This document shows, piece after piece, positions 1-12,165 of a stretch of DNA of 64,000 nt. The stretch comes from Oopsacas minuta (lineage: Eukaryota > Animalia > Porifera): contig JAKMXF010000334.1 of NCBI GenBank assembly GCA_024704765.1, positions 218,664 to 282,663 on the forward strand, read 5' to 3'. The notes beneath the pieces were generated by a model, which was given only the letters and a program-made list of their open reading frames with translations, did no database searches and was not told where the DNA came from. The translations under genes were made by a program, and so were the position numbers. Numbering within the stretch: position 1 is the first letter of the stretch; every line of letters starts with the position of its first letter.

Positions 1-661
1 TAACAAGGTATTCTTTATGGAAGCATTATGGAGTAGATTTCTACCCAGCACTACAGCATTAAGAGAGGAGTTAATTAAAGGTAGTATAGGAGAGATACGT
101 TACATCCAAGCTGAAATAGGTATTCATCCTTTGCCTATGCCTACTAGACTGAGTGACCCTGACTTAGGGGGTGGTTCAATACTAGACCTTGGTGTGTATG
201 CGGTTAATATCGTGAGCATGGTGATGGGTAATAAACGTCCGTCTAAGATTTATGTAGCAGGATCAAGAAATGATAAGGGAGTAGATGAGTCAGCTTATTT
301 CACTTTGGAGTATCCTGGAGACGTTGTAGCACAGTTGGCATGTAGTGTTGTAGTCGAAATGGGTAATGCTCTGAGCGTGTACGGTTCAAAAGGATTTCTG
401 CGGTTGGTAGCACCTTTCGCTGCCACAGAAGAGCTAGAGACCAGTGATGGAGTCAGAGAATTTCCCTTTCCACCATCTGATGCTAAATTTAACTTCAGGG
501 GTTCAGTTGCTCTGTGCTATGAAGCAGCTCACTGCAGAGAATGCATAATGCAAGGAAAGATAGAGAGTCCAATAATGCCTTTAGAAGATAGCTTGGTTGT
601 GTGTGGTATACTGGACGAAGCTAGGAAACAATTAGGCGTCAAGTTCCCTCAGGACATCTGA
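1..661 (+). CDS. DHDH: Trans-1,2-dihydrobenzene-1,2-diol dehydrogenase (Gfo/Idh/MocA family), 5'-truncated by window edge
   Basis: Frame is open upstream of the Met at 17 (NKVFF-MEALWSRFLP). Motifs MEALWSRF, GGGSILDLGVY, GVDES and GKIESPIMPLEDS match the DHDH C-terminal half. Confidence 0.88.
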   Translation, partial: NKVFFMEALWSRFLPSTTALREELIKGSIGEIRYIQAEIGIHPLPMPTRLSDPDLGGGSILDLGVYAVNIVSMVMGNKRPSKIYVAGSRNDKGVDESAYFTLEYPGDVVAQLACSVVVEMGNALSVYGSKGFLRLVAPFAATEELETSDGVREFPFPPSDAKFNFRGSVALCYEAAHCRECIMQGKIESPIMPLEDSLVVCGILDEARKQLGVKFPQDI

Positions 662-1122
662 TAGTTACTATACATGTATAAGTATTTATATTTCTTATTT
701 CTAATTTTTGGTTTATCACAAACCTGTATTCTCCTTATGTCTGAATAAAATGAAGGGTTGCACATGAGTGCAGAGTTGGAATCGGGTTCAGGTACCTTGG
801 GTCGCGTCGGGTCGGGTTCTGAAAAGTGGACCCAATTCCAACTCTGCATGAGTGACATGACAAACTGAATTTAAGTTCGCTAATACACAGCAACATTAAT
901 ATAGATTTGCAAGTTTATTAGTTATTTTAGTTATCACATGTAATTACATTGGAGTTGCAACAAACTTGATTCTCACTCAATTTCTTATTCTGTAAAATAC
1001 ATTAATTTATTGCTGCAACGAATTTAAATATCCTAACCAATCAAATTTAAGTTCTGCGTTAGAAGCGATTGCTCTCACTATAAATACGTTAGGCTTAATT
1101 ATATCTGAGATTAGTAATAGGA

Positions 1123-2178
1123 ATGGCGAATACATATTTCGATACCCCTTTAAACCTTTCTGAAACATTACTAGTTAGTCTATGTCGTGGGAGCTATGGG
1201 GGATTCGATCCAGATTTATTTGCTGAAAAGTATGAAGATCATATATGCGCTATTTGTTTGGGTATTTTACGTAATCCAGTCTGTACTAAATGCAAGCATT
1301 TTTTCTGTGAATCATGTTTTGGCTGCATAAGGGATAATGAGGACTGTGCTAGATGTCCGATAGATAGAAACAAGTTATTGCCTCATGAGTACTATATAGC
1401 CCGGACAACGCAGAAAGAGATAGAATCCAAACTTATTCTCAAGTGCCCATGGTCCAGTGAAAGTTGTAAATGGTCAGGGAATTTAAAACAGCTTGTCACG
1501 CATATAGAAGATGATTGTGAATACGCGTTTATTAAGTGTAGAGAGTGTCCAAAAGAGATTCGACGAAAATTTATGGACAAACACGAGATAGAACATTGGA
1601 GAAGTAGATGTAGAAACCTATTGAGTTCTATTAAAAACCGCACAAGTCCAGTATGGTTTATACAGAAAGATACATGGACAATATTAAACCAATCAAGAAA
1701 AGTTCTAGATAATTTCGTAACTCCATTTTACTGGGCTATACCGGGTGTGGAATCTCTAATAGGGAGAAGATGTATACTGTTCTCACCCCCTATTCTAACT
1801 GATTACTACGGATACAGGTATCAAGTACGGATTAATATGGGTGGATACGGGGATGGATATGGGCGGTTTATTTCTGCATATTTGTACCTCATGAATGGCC
1901 CGAATGATAAATCACTGCGATGGCCATTTGCAGCTAATTTTCAGCTGACTTTGTTGGATCAACGTTTGAAGGAAGAAGATAGAGGTCAACATTTCGCGAA
2001 AACATTACAATTCCTTTCGCACCCAGCTCTATTCAACTCTCCATTAGCAGGAGAGTCTAGGAATACTGGACTTGGTTGGGGACGATTTGCATCGTTTCAA
2101 TTGTTACAGGATAATTACTGTGTTGAGGATACGATTGTAGTTTGTGTGGAATTAACGACGAAGTTTCAACCTTCTTAA
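1123..2178 (+). CDS. TRAF-family protein (RING + TRAF zinc finger + MATH), intronless
   Basis: RING CAICLGILRNPVCTKCKHFFCESC...CPID; Zn finger CPWSSESCKWSG...H...C..C..C; MATH motifs FSPPILTDYYGY, GYGDGYGRFISAYLYLMNGPND, LRWPF, LLDQ, GLGWGRF. Confidence 0.92.
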   Translation: MANTYFDTPLNLSETLLVSLCRGSYGGFDPDLFAEKYEDHICAICLGILRNPVCTKCKHFFCESCFGCIRDNEDCARCPIDRNKLLPHEYYIARTTQKEIESKLILKCPWSSESCKWSGNLKQLVTHIEDDCEYAFIKCRECPKEIRRKFMDKHEIEHWRSRCRNLLSSIKNRTSPVWFIQKDTWTILNQSRKVLDNFVTPFYWAIPGVESLIGRRCILFSPPILTDYYGYRYQVRINMGGYGDGYGRFISAYLYLMNGPNDKSLRWPFAANFQLTLLDQRLKEEDRGQHFAKTLQFLSHPALFNSPLAGESRNTGLGWGRFASFQLLQDNYCVEDTIVVCVELTTKFQPS

Positions 2179-3245
2179 TTTGTGGGATAACTAAATGGGT
2201 AGTCATTATATTAGCTTACAATAGCTTGGAATTGTTCTTATCAATCGTACTCATCCGCCGTTCAATGCTAGTTCTGAATATTATTATTTACATAATGTAT
2301 ATTGGATAATGTGTGCAATACCTGGAACTTGCTATGCTATATAGTTGTTATTATTCTATTTAATCCAATAAATTAAAATCATTTGGATATTCATGCCGTT
2401 GGAGACGGTCCCGTTGGTCGGGTTCAATCGGACCAATTTTACATTGGTTAGTGCAGTGAGTATAGGGAAATCGGATAAACTTAGCAGGGATAGCATAGAC
2501 AGTATAGTGGATAATTATAACCTGATCAATACAAATAAATATCCCTGCTAACGCTTATAAGATGAACAGATATTTTGTTATCTGGTTAGTGTGGAAATTT
2601 TGTTGAAGTACATACTAGAGCAGTACAACCGACTCTTGTTACACTAAGACGCATAAGGAGTGAGGAATACAAACTTTGATTCCCCCAGCTTAAAATATGG
2701 CGAAATATATCGTACAAACAAACTCTGTGCTAATTGCTATGGTTTATTACAAGTGCTTCATATGCATTGTAGAGAATAGGATTTGTATATATGTGGAATT
2801 TGTCAAATGTTGATTTTCCAAATGAACATCGAATATTCTTCTTAGGATTCTATAGAGAAGTCCAGTGTCTTTGTAATTTGTATTTGATGTTGGCCAGGGC
2901 ATTTTATAGGTCCAACGTTTAATTTGGAAAAATATTGGTCCGATACAATTTCGAAAATTCGTTTAAGGCCTTAATAGAATTCTATGATAGTGGGATTGGT
3001 CGATTTATCACAAAGGATTCAGATTTACGCTAATTTTATTGTGAATGATACGTATTCTAAACAGAATGAGGGGCGATTAATGTGTTAAAGATAATTAGGT
3101 GTATTAATAAATATCTAATAGATAGAATTACATAAAATATGAAATATAAAATTATAGAAAGTATAAACACTTAGAAGTGATAAATGTTGAGTAAATACTA
3201 TCCTATAGCTATAAGTCCTAAATATCTACTAGTAGTTATTTCGAA

Positions 3246-5066
3246 TCAGATCATAAAGAGAGAGAAGACAAATGCCAGAAATATAACTGACATTGTCACT
3301 TGGAGGGAACTGCCATCAGAAGTACCAAAAGTACCCTCGATACAAATTGCTGGGTCACAAGGGGAACCTTCTAGAGTAAATGAATTCGCATTACTGGCAC
3401 CTTTGACAGAAACGTAAATTGAGTATGTTACATTTTCAGTATCTCTTCTTGTAATGTTCACATCTTCTGAGAGAGGAGATATCACAAGTTCTTTGTATGT
3501 ATCAGAGGATGAAATCTCTAAATCATTGTCATACTCGTATGGATGCGGAGTAACTCTAGAAGCATACAAGAAAGTCAGTCCTATTTCGTCAACAACTACT
3601 ATCATTAAGTTCATATTATCTTGAACTTCGAATTGATAATATTGGAATTCATCCTGCAAGACAACTCCTATAATTATAGAATTTATCGGGATGGGTTGTG
3701 ATTCATAACACGTAGTAGCTGTGAGGGTACTTGCAAAATCACTCAAATCTGTAAATGAATCAAGTATATAAATATGAGGAGGGGGAGAGGGAGAAGCTAT
3801 CACATTCAATTGATTAATGTCATACCCCCCGATGCCTACGACATAGATTATGATATTACTATCTCTGACATTCATAGCTGGGATTTCTACCGAATCGCCA
3901 GCTTTACCATCGGTCAGGACAATTAAAATCTTTGGAAGCCCCAGTGTATCTGGACGGAGGCCATTTAGTTCAGTAAATTGATCACCTTGTGTTAAGTTTA
4001 ACGCACTTCCTAATTGTGTACCTCCCCCGATCTTTGTGATGTTATCGATAGCGTTGTCATAATCCTCTTTACTCTTATAAGATGATAAATAGAAGACGGT
4101 TGTATAGAAGGAACCGAAAAGAGAAAGTCCAAATCGAGTTCCATCCTCATCAGCTAGGTCTTCATCAGAAAAAGCGTTGATAATTCGGCTAATAAAATCT
4201 AAAGCAAGCGAGAAATCACTACTGCTGATACTCCCAGATTGATCCAAAAGAAATACTACATCCACAGATCGAGTGCATACCTCTAGGACAGCACGGATGA
4301 TATCTGCTTCATTATTTCTTCTCTTAAGGTCACCCCTCTGCTGAATTTCGGGGTTATTATAGAAATTCTCTAACTCATTAATAGCACCCTCCCAATCATT
4401 TTTGATGACTAAATTCCAGAACTTAGGGTACTCAGGGTAAGCTTCCGGCGTACCAAACTGAAACCATACGTCAGAAATAGCAGTCCTTATACCTCTAGGA
4501 AGTGATGCGAATTCCGGAAGGCCTGATCCGCGCTCAGCGTTATAAGTCGTTTGTACACTTTCCACAATGAGGTCTTTCACCTTAGTAGTCAGGTCTTTCG
4601 CTTCATCTAATGTCAAGGCTAAAGGATTTTCAATAATCGCACAAGCAGCATCGTTCTGTGTAAGACCGAAGTATGGTTCTAATTGATTAATTACTGTTGC
4701 TTCTACACTAATGTCAGTGAAGTACTCACCGTTCTTAGATCCTAGATCCACTCCTCCTCCGATAGTAACACCACTCGTTCCTAGAACTTCTCCGTCATCA
4801 GAGTTGATTGGCACATATCCGCATTTAGTAAGTCCTTCGTGACATGTAACGAATTCGTTGTATATGAGAGGTAGGTCAGTGGATGTACCCTCTGGTATTC
4901 CAGCTTTCCAGCTAGTTGGACAAGAAAGCATCTCCAATTTACAATCCGTTGGAACACGGGGATTATTGATGTACAGACGAGGTTTGTAAGGGGTAGTACA
5001 AACGAGTGCTGTGCATACAGCAAGCATAGAGAAGAAGGTGTAGAAGAAAATCTTCAACATTGCCAA
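3246..5066 (-). CDS. Signal peptide + pesticin C-terminal-like (T4 lysozyme-fold) muramidase + VWA domain + PPC-like beta domain + hydrophobic C-terminal (GPI-like) tail; intronless
   Basis: HEG..GYVP...SGVTIGGGVDLG, LEPYFGL, LPRGIRTAISDVWFQFG, PKFW...DW...NEL.NF and RR..EA match pesticin-type muramidases. VWA: VVFLLDQSGS, GGGTQLGSAL, ILIVLTDG. N- and C-terminal hydrophobic segments. Confidence 0.85.
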   Translation of the reverse strand: MAMLKIFFYTFFSMLAVCTALVCTTPYKPRLYINNPRVPTDCKLEMLSCPTSWKAGIPEGTSTDLPLIYNEFVTCHEGLTKCGYVPINSDDGEVLGTSGVTIGGGVDLGSKNGEYFTDISVEATVINQLEPYFGLTQNDAACAIIENPLALTLDEAKDLTTKVKDLIVESVQTTYNAERGSGLPEFASLPRGIRTAISDVWFQFGTPEAYPEYPKFWNLVIKNDWEGAINELENFYNNPEIQQRGDLKRRNNEADIIRAVLEVCTRSVDVVFLLDQSGSISSSDFSLALDFISRIINAFSDEDLADEDGTRFGLSLFGSFYTTVFYLSSYKSKEDYDNAIDNITKIGGGTQLGSALNLTQGDQFTELNGLRPDTLGLPKILIVLTDGKAGDSVEIPAMNVRDSNIIIYVVGIGGYDINQLNVIASPSPPPHIYILDSFTDLSDFASTLTATTCYESQPIPINSIIIGVVLQDEFQYYQFEVQDNMNLMIVVVDEIGLTFLYASRVTPHPYEYDNDLEISSSDTYKELVISPLSEDVNITRRDTENVTYSIYVSVKGASNANSFTLEGSPCDPAICIEGTFGTSDGSSLQVTMSVIFLAFVFSLFMI

Positions 5067-6537
5067 TGAAAATACAAGATTTGTATCAAATAATTAGATA
5101 ATAGAATTCGAAAGTGTAACTGAGTAATGTATTGCAGTTACATGTTTATATTTATAACACACTATAAATGTCATCAATACCAAGATGTGTAGAGCATAAA
5201 GCGATTGAGCCCATAAGATTCCATTCCATTCCTTTATTGAATACACAATACGTAACCATTACTATTACACATTTCATTCATGATTTACTACTGATTGATT
5301 CAATTAGTGTAAACTGGAACAATTCGTGACTGATTCTATTGGTTAATCTGAGATGTATTAATTAATCCATTTTCCGAAAATTATTTCTGCCACGGAAAGT
5401 CGTTCTGGATAGATAATCCTAATTTAGAAAACATACATTCCATGGAATCCATTAGATCAGTGGTTCCCAGCCTGGGGTCTATGTACCCCTTGGTGGTCCA
5501 TAGGATCTGTTAAAATTGATATTGGGGTTCACGGGTAAAAAATTTGACACCCGCTACATTAAATGATAAGAATTCCAAAGATGGATTAAAGTAAGCAACA
5601 CACACTAATTAAATACAGTTAGGACTATATTTGGTATCACCTGTAAATTTAGGCTTTATGCATAGGCGGCGTGTCATGCATAGTGGAGGATCCGGGAATT
5701 GCTAGTGGGGAAATATCATCCAGCTGGGGGCTTTGGGGCGTACCCTGGGTGGAGCCCATGGAAGACAATTCTATTTTCATTTTCCAATCACATTAGTTGC
5801 CTTTCTACTGTCAGCTGTATGTAATGCTGAATACTCATAAAGCTTGAAAAATTTCGCGATTTACAATGAACCTAAATTACATCATTGTGTAGTTACTGTA
5901 TTACATATAATATTTGGTCTATATTAGCACAGGGTAACATTCAAAGAAATTAGCTACGTATAAATATTGTTTCTAATTAGACAATGGTATGATAAGCTAA
6001 TATGTGTTGTCTTGTTCATAATAATAGTATATCCAACAGTTAGGGAAACTTTCATCCGTAGGTATATACCTGGGGTTAAGGTATTTTAATATGATATCGA
6101 GATATGGTGACCAGAAGAGTTTTTACCAAACCTGCACATTATCAGGTTGTCAGAAAAAATGCTGGACCTCCCTGGATAAAACTTAGGAAAAACTAAGTAT
6201 GCTATAAAAAGTAACAGTTATAAATTATCAATAGATTTATTCATGTACGTACTATATGCTGTGAAGGAAGCAAAAAACTCGCGCCAAGATATGTAAATAT
6301 AGTGACGTGTTTACTAAGGTGAAGAAATTGGACAGCAAAAAACACTGGATAAACCATATATAAGTGGACATAACCAATTTGCTTCAAATAAAGGGCAATG
6401 GTAACTGTAAGATTCGAACGAAGCGAGGATAAAATTTAATGTTTGCTATTCGAGCTAGTGTTTCTATGTATTGACATAATTTTCGATACCACTATGATTC
6501 AATATCAAGTATAATTATCCTGGTGGTATCCCTACAC

Positions 6538-6661
6538 CAGTGGTTCTCAACCTGGGGTCCGCAGCCCTAAAATGTTTTCGTTATGTTTATTGGCAGGGGT
6601 CCGCGAACCCCATAAAATGGACCAAAGAGGTCCGCAGAAGAAAAAAGGTTGAGGACCAATG
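6538..6661. mobile_element. hAT (Charlie-like) MITE
   Basis: TIRs cagtggttctcaacct / aggttgaggaccaatg; perfect 8-bp TSD CCCTACAC at 6530-6537 and 6662-6669. Confidence 0.85.
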
Positions 6662-7469
6662 CCCTACACCTTCAAATACATGAAATTTAAAGATCTGACT
6701 AGTTTGATACTCTATAACGATTACATTACATAAGGGGTCGATGTTGGAAAGGGCTGGTAGGGCACACTAACATTAGATTCATACCTGTGTCCCATCAATG
6801 GTGGCCCGCTAGCGCTAGCAACTCTCACGATTTCAGGTCTACAAATACTACAGAATCCCTGGTATTTTCATGAAAACAATAGTAAATAGCACATCTCACG
6901 ATTTCCCTGTGAATGACACTATAGCCGCAATTAGGGCGATTTTGGGTCGGCATATGTCCACCCAAAATGCATAACCCTGAACTGCACTACCAGTCTGTAG
7001 GCTGGACATTTTTTGACCTTTTTTAGTCCACATCGGCCATAGGCGCCGAACGAGTATAATTCCCAAGGGGGCGGGAGCATTATGTAATTGTGTGGCTAAT
7101 AATTCTCTTTATAAAGCAAATAATATAGTATATACAATTATATATTAATTTTGACTCTGATTAACAGGGTCACATCGGGACTACACATTTTTTACCCGTT
7201 TAAGCGGAGCTATTTAATACACTGGTGACATATATTGTTACACTACAATATATATAGTAATTCTAAGGAATACACGAGGGGGGTAGCCCCTTGATCTTCG
7301 GCGCCCATGCATACTAATTTTCCCCTTTGATAGCCAAACCGACATTTCGTCAACGAAAATTGTTTTCCTCACTGGCCTTTCGGATATTTAAACTTGTTCG
7401 CCCATTTCACTCGTAGTCTTTTATGATTCTCCGTTAAATTATTGGATTAGTTTTCAATATAGCTTACAA

Positions 7470-8726
7470 ATGGCTACAGCTTCCCTTGATATCGAGAGAG
7501 AAGATAATTTCGAAATAGAAATCCAGAGAGTCAGAGAGAATATTCAAATTCAATTCATTCAAATAATCGATTGTTTAAAAGTTAGAGAGAATGTACTTTT
7601 GAAAGAATTAGATAATGTTTTAGCTTCTTATTACAAATATCGGAATGAAATCAGAGAATTTGAATATAATTCACATAACCATGAGAATATACAAGTACAA
7701 ACATCAAACCAATTACCGGTTCTATCTCCTGCCATTTCCTTACAAGATAACAGTTCAGAACGAATCAATGAAGTACAAGACTCAATTAAAACGCCTCAAC
7801 AACCTCATATGGTTAAGTTTGTGTGTGATAACAGCAAGTTATTATCTGAAGCAGACAATTTGGGTAAGTTAGTGGAGAGTGTAGGGGATGTAATTAACTA
7901 TACAATCAAGTCAAAACCTATAATTAGTGTATGTAAGGGAGGATATGAAATAGACCAGCTTTACCGACCACATGGTGTTACTTTTGATAGAAATAGCGGG
8001 AATATTTACGTAGCTGATTGTTATAATAATTGTGTAAAAGTATTTGATTGTGTTGGTAGATATATCTTTAAAATTGGAGACGATTATGGTGATGGAAAGA
8101 TGAAATGGCCGAGAAGTTTAGCAATTTGTGGAGACAGAATCTTGATTACTCAAGGAGATGTTATTTCACAATCAACTCATAAAATATTTTCCTTTAGCCT
8201 TGATGGTATATTTGTTTGTAAGATAGGTAAACGTGGAACAGGAGAACTCAAATTTATTTTGCCTACTGGTCTTACATTTGATGAATTTACAGAATACGTT
8301 TATGTTTGTGATTCAGGTAATAACCGGGTTCAAGTATTGGCCAAAGACTTAACTTACATTTCCCAGTTTGGAAGAGAGATACTCTTCGAACCATGTGACG
8401 TCAAACTTTCAATAGAATACATTTTTGTTCTCGATAATTTGGATCCTTGTCTCCATCTCTTTGATTATGATCATGTTCCAAAGAAGAGTGTTATTTCTCG
8501 GAAAACTGGATTACAAAATATTAATCCTTTCTATTTCTTCATTGATAAATATGATAACATTCTATTTTCAGAAAATGACTATAATTCTATTCTCATTTTT
8601 AATTCTGAATTCAATTTTGTACATCGCATCACCGTTTCAACTTCTCCAATGGGTATTGCAGTTGATCAACAAGGACGAGTTATTATAGTATGTCAAGCTA
8701 AAAATAACTGTTTACAGATATTTTAA
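7470..8726 (+). CDS. Coiled-coil + NHL-repeat beta-propeller protein (TRIM/NHL-like without RING or B-box), intronless
   Basis: Repeated P.G...D...G.IYVAD..N..V.VF units (RPHGVTFDRNSGNIYVADCYNNCVKVF; LPTGLTFD..YVCDSGNNRVQV; PMGIAVDQQGRVIIV). Confidence 0.9.
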   Translation: MATASLDIEREDNFEIEIQRVRENIQIQFIQIIDCLKVRENVLLKELDNVLASYYKYRNEIREFEYNSHNHENIQVQTSNQLPVLSPAISLQDNSSERINEVQDSIKTPQQPHMVKFVCDNSKLLSEADNLGKLVESVGDVINYTIKSKPIISVCKGGYEIDQLYRPHGVTFDRNSGNIYVADCYNNCVKVFDCVGRYIFKIGDDYGDGKMKWPRSLAICGDRILITQGDVISQSTHKIFSFSLDGIFVCKIGKRGTGELKFILPTGLTFDEFTEYVYVCDSGNNRVQVLAKDLTYISQFGREILFEPCDVKLSIEYIFVLDNLDPCLHLFDYDHVPKKSVISRKTGLQNINPFYFFIDKYDNILFSENDYNSILIFNSEFNFVHRITVSTSPMGIAVDQQGRVIIVCQAKNNCLQIF

Positions 8727-9851
8727 GAACTACGCTCTGTATTATTAATGGACTGATTAAAGTCATTTGTATTACTGAGTAGTTCGTAGAATAAACTAGA
8801 TTACATATCTTGAATTTGACAAAATTATAACAATTGCATGTATTGTATTATCCATGGTTCGTATGTATTATAGAATAACCATTGTCTCCCCTAAGACTTA
8901 CGGCGACACAATACTGGCTCCGCAGATTTCGAATATCAACCCGCCACATCTTGTCTCGAATGTTGCTCAATATTCCAAAATTTACTCGTTTCCCGAAATT
9001 ATCCAATATACGTAGTTACTATGTGATTATTTACATATACCGTATGATGCGTGTTCATAAACCTTATTGGTCAAAAATTTGACGTCAGGATATGTTAGAT
9101 ATGGAAGGGTACTTGTGATTCACATTTCAACCATTTTTCGATAAAAATTTGGAACTCATACATAATAGAAGATATAAACTAATATGTGCTATGCGTGTGG
9201 AATGTGATATATCTATAGCAAACTAAATTACAGCGATATATCAAAAAACTCTCTGAAATATCAAAATGTCTTGCCTGTCAGATATGAGAGTTTACGAATA
9301 AGGAAAATAATATATTATTAGATTTTAGGCTCTAACAAAGGTTAATTAGATTGCAATAATTAACAAATTGTTCCTATTTTTCAAATTATTCAAAAGCCAA
9401 TTTATTAAACCTGTAACTAAGTTTGTGAATGTAATTACTGTAATTAGAAATTATATTACCGCTTATAGTGAGTAGTTCAAATGTTAAGATATACTCAAGC
9501 GGTGAAAGACATGTAGACAAATTATTGATCAATTCCATAAACATCTACCTAATTAGATTTTGTGTAACTAATGATTACTTTGTGGTCAATGTAATGCTAT
9601 TATGAGACATGTAAATGATTGATATACATCTGTTCAATAGTAAATAACAAAGAATACAGTGGGCACCCAAAGGGTGCCACGCGCGAACACAAAGTGTTCG
9701 CTTGTCGCGCAAAGCAAGTAAGCGTAGCTTCCTTGTTAATTATAATTAATTTAAAATCGGGGAAAAACAAATTTATTTTGTATAATCAATATCAGAATAA
9801 TTCATTAATTCATGAATCAGTCAATTTATCCATAAATTCATTCCTTGACAT

Positions 9852-9854
<3 letters not shown>

Positions 9855-9888
<34 letters not shown>

Positions 9889-9904
9889 TGACTGACAGAC
9901 TGAC
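9855..9904. repeat. (GACA/GACT)n microsatellite within a dispersed non-autonomous element
   Basis: About 12 tandem 4-mers; flanking sequence resembles copies near 29260-29325 and 62135-62205. Confidence 0.9.
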
Positions 9905-10187
9905 GGATAAACTAACAAAATTTGCAATTTCATAATATAGACTTGCTGTATATGAATGTAATCATATTTGGAGCATCTTTTTGAGTTTGACATTTGGTTA
10001 ATTCTTCTCACCGTGTTACGCTAACATTAATTATTCGAATTTATCAGTATGCATAGTGAGCTAGTATTGATAAGGATATAATAGAGTGCAAGTTTCATGG
10101 AGTAGAGTTCATCTTGTCATAGGAATTACCTACAAATCAAGTACTAATTGTGGAAGCTTTATCTCAATCATCATTTCTCAAACGAAA

Positions 10188-11057
10188 ATGAATTTGAAAA
10201 CCAATAAATTTATATTTTTAACGCTAATAATATTTATACTTAACAGTCTGTACCTATCATGGGATTATTTCAAACAACTTTGTTGTGAAGATTGTGTTAC
10301 CAGTAATAATAACAAAAATGAGTCATACCTTTTGTTTATTCTAATACCCACAGCTCCAAATAATTTTGCCAATCGTGAGGCTATTAGAAAAACATGGGGA
10401 AATACAATTAGCAAATATGATTCTATCAATTACGCTTTTATTGTTGGAAATATCGGAGTATCAATATCGGTAATGTCTGCTCTATTAGAAGAGAAAGATA
10501 AGTTTGGGGATATTGTGATATTGGATGGAGTGGAAGAGGAATTTTCTAAATTGACAAGAAAGGTACTGAAAGCTTTTACATGGGCCAGTGAACACATAGA
10601 TTCTGTTTACTATTTCAAGGCTGATGATGACTGTTATATTGTGATTGACAATGTTTACAAAACTATAACGGATAGGAATTTCAGGACTGAGAAACTTATT
10701 TTTGGACACAAAATGGTTGGATCTGCAGTACTCCCTAAAGGGAGATGGGCGGAATTGGGGTGGTTTCTTTGTCCAAGAGTTTATCTTCCCTATCCATCTG
10801 GTATGGCGTATATCCTGACTAAAGATGTAGTTAAATTCTTGAATATTAATTCAGACAGATTAATGATTTACAATAACGAAGATGCTTCACTAGGGTCCTG
10901 GGTAGCCGGACTTAAACTCACTTTTGTGAATGATCCTAGGGTCATTATATCTGCTCATTCTTGTCTACCATCTGTATGGGCTATACACGGTTACGGCCAT
11001 AAAAGATTTGCAGAAATTCATTCTTCTTTGTTGAGTGGCACTATACATTGTCCTTAA
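10188..11057 (+). CDS. B3GALT6: Beta-1,3-galactosyltransferase 6 (GT31), type II membrane protein
   Basis: Likely start MNLKTNKF at 10188, followed by a TM helix. Motifs ILIPTAPNNFANREAIRKTW, LTRKVL, YYFKADDDCY, GRWAE..WFLC..YLPYPSG..Y, EDASLGSW. Confidence 0.85.
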   Translation: MNLKTNKFIFLTLIIFILNSLYLSWDYFKQLCCEDCVTSNNNKNESYLLFILIPTAPNNFANREAIRKTWGNTISKYDSINYAFIVGNIGVSISVMSALLEEKDKFGDIVILDGVEEEFSKLTRKVLKAFTWASEHIDSVYYFKADDDCYIVIDNVYKTITDRNFRTEKLIFGHKMVGSAVLPKGRWAELGWFLCPRVYLPYPSGMAYILTKDVVKFLNINSDRLMIYNNEDASLGSWVAGLKLTFVNDPRVIISAHSCLPSVWAIHGYGHKRFAEIHSSLLSGTIHCP

Positions 11058-11289
11058 CCACACAATATTTAATATTTTTATTATTTGCAAAACCTTATGT
11101 ACCAACTAATTCTTCCAATTGAAATGTCGTTCAGTTTTGAATTAATACTTTTATACATACGAGCGCGCTTCGCTTGCTCTCGCTTACAAATGAGAAACTT
11201 GACAATGCGAAATTTGTATTAAGCATAGTTGATTACCCATGTATATCTGATGAGAGCAAATCTCTACGTATATTTCGAGATTAAAACTA

Positions 11290-11629
11290 CAGTCGAACCT
11301 CCGAGATCCGGACCTCCAAGATACGGGCACCTCCAAGATACGGGCACCTCCAAGATACGGGCACCTCCCTCAACCGGGCACCCTTATTTTATATCAGTCC
11401 AACAGAATTTCACCATTTCATATAATTCTCCTCATACTAACGGTGACTTCAGTTACTATATTTCATATTGGATTACGTTTGTATACAGTATGTAAACTTA
11501 ATAACAGAATTAGATACCTAAGGGAACTCATATGTACATTATGTGTTGTAACTGCCATAGAGTTAATGATATTTCCGAGATCCGGGCACCCTCCGGTCCC
11601 ACACTACCCGGATCTCGGAGGTTATACTG
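11290..11629. mobile_element. Tc1/pogo (Tigger-like) MITE with internal 18-bp tandem repeats
   Basis: TIRs cagtcgaacctccgagatccgg / ccggatctcggaggttatactg, flanked by TA on both sides; repeat cacctccaagatacggg about 3 times. Confidence 0.8.
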
Positions 11630-12165
11630 TATTTGTTTACTTTATATTCATTAAAAACAACAACAAATATATTTACATGATTAATGACGCGCAAATGATT
11701 TGCAGTAAGAAGTCTGAAATGAACTTTAATATTGCTCAAAATTTGAATATTTGATATTTTCATTAGATTGTAATTTTTGACCATGGATGTATGCGTTTTC
11801 TACATTCTTTTAGAATAATATTCTCTGACTGCATTTTGTTGTTCAAATACAAAATCTGTGGGCAATTCAATCAATATTTTCTAGTTGAACTCTTGTTAGA
11901 GTCCCTCTGGTTGTTTTCTATCCACTAAATACGAATTTATATTTTTATAGAATTTATTGATGACTAATTATTAAGAGGTAATTCCAGATAAGGAGTACAA
12001 ATTTGTACACTTTATCAGTCCCCTTCGATGTTTTTTCAATGTTAATTAGTTCGGATAAGGAGTAGGAATTTGGCAGTCCCATGTTGTACGTATTTTCGAG
12101 ACTCTACTGTATGTGTAACCAATTCATGAATCAATTAGTGTATATTTTAGTAATTATATCGCGTC

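Noticed and set aside
2380-2850. Faint MATH-like words on the minus strand (FIWKINI, ISPYF, ICIDQ), possibly a decayed TRAF paralogue
   Set aside because: Spacing is wrong and stops are frequent; cannot be told from chance without a profile search.
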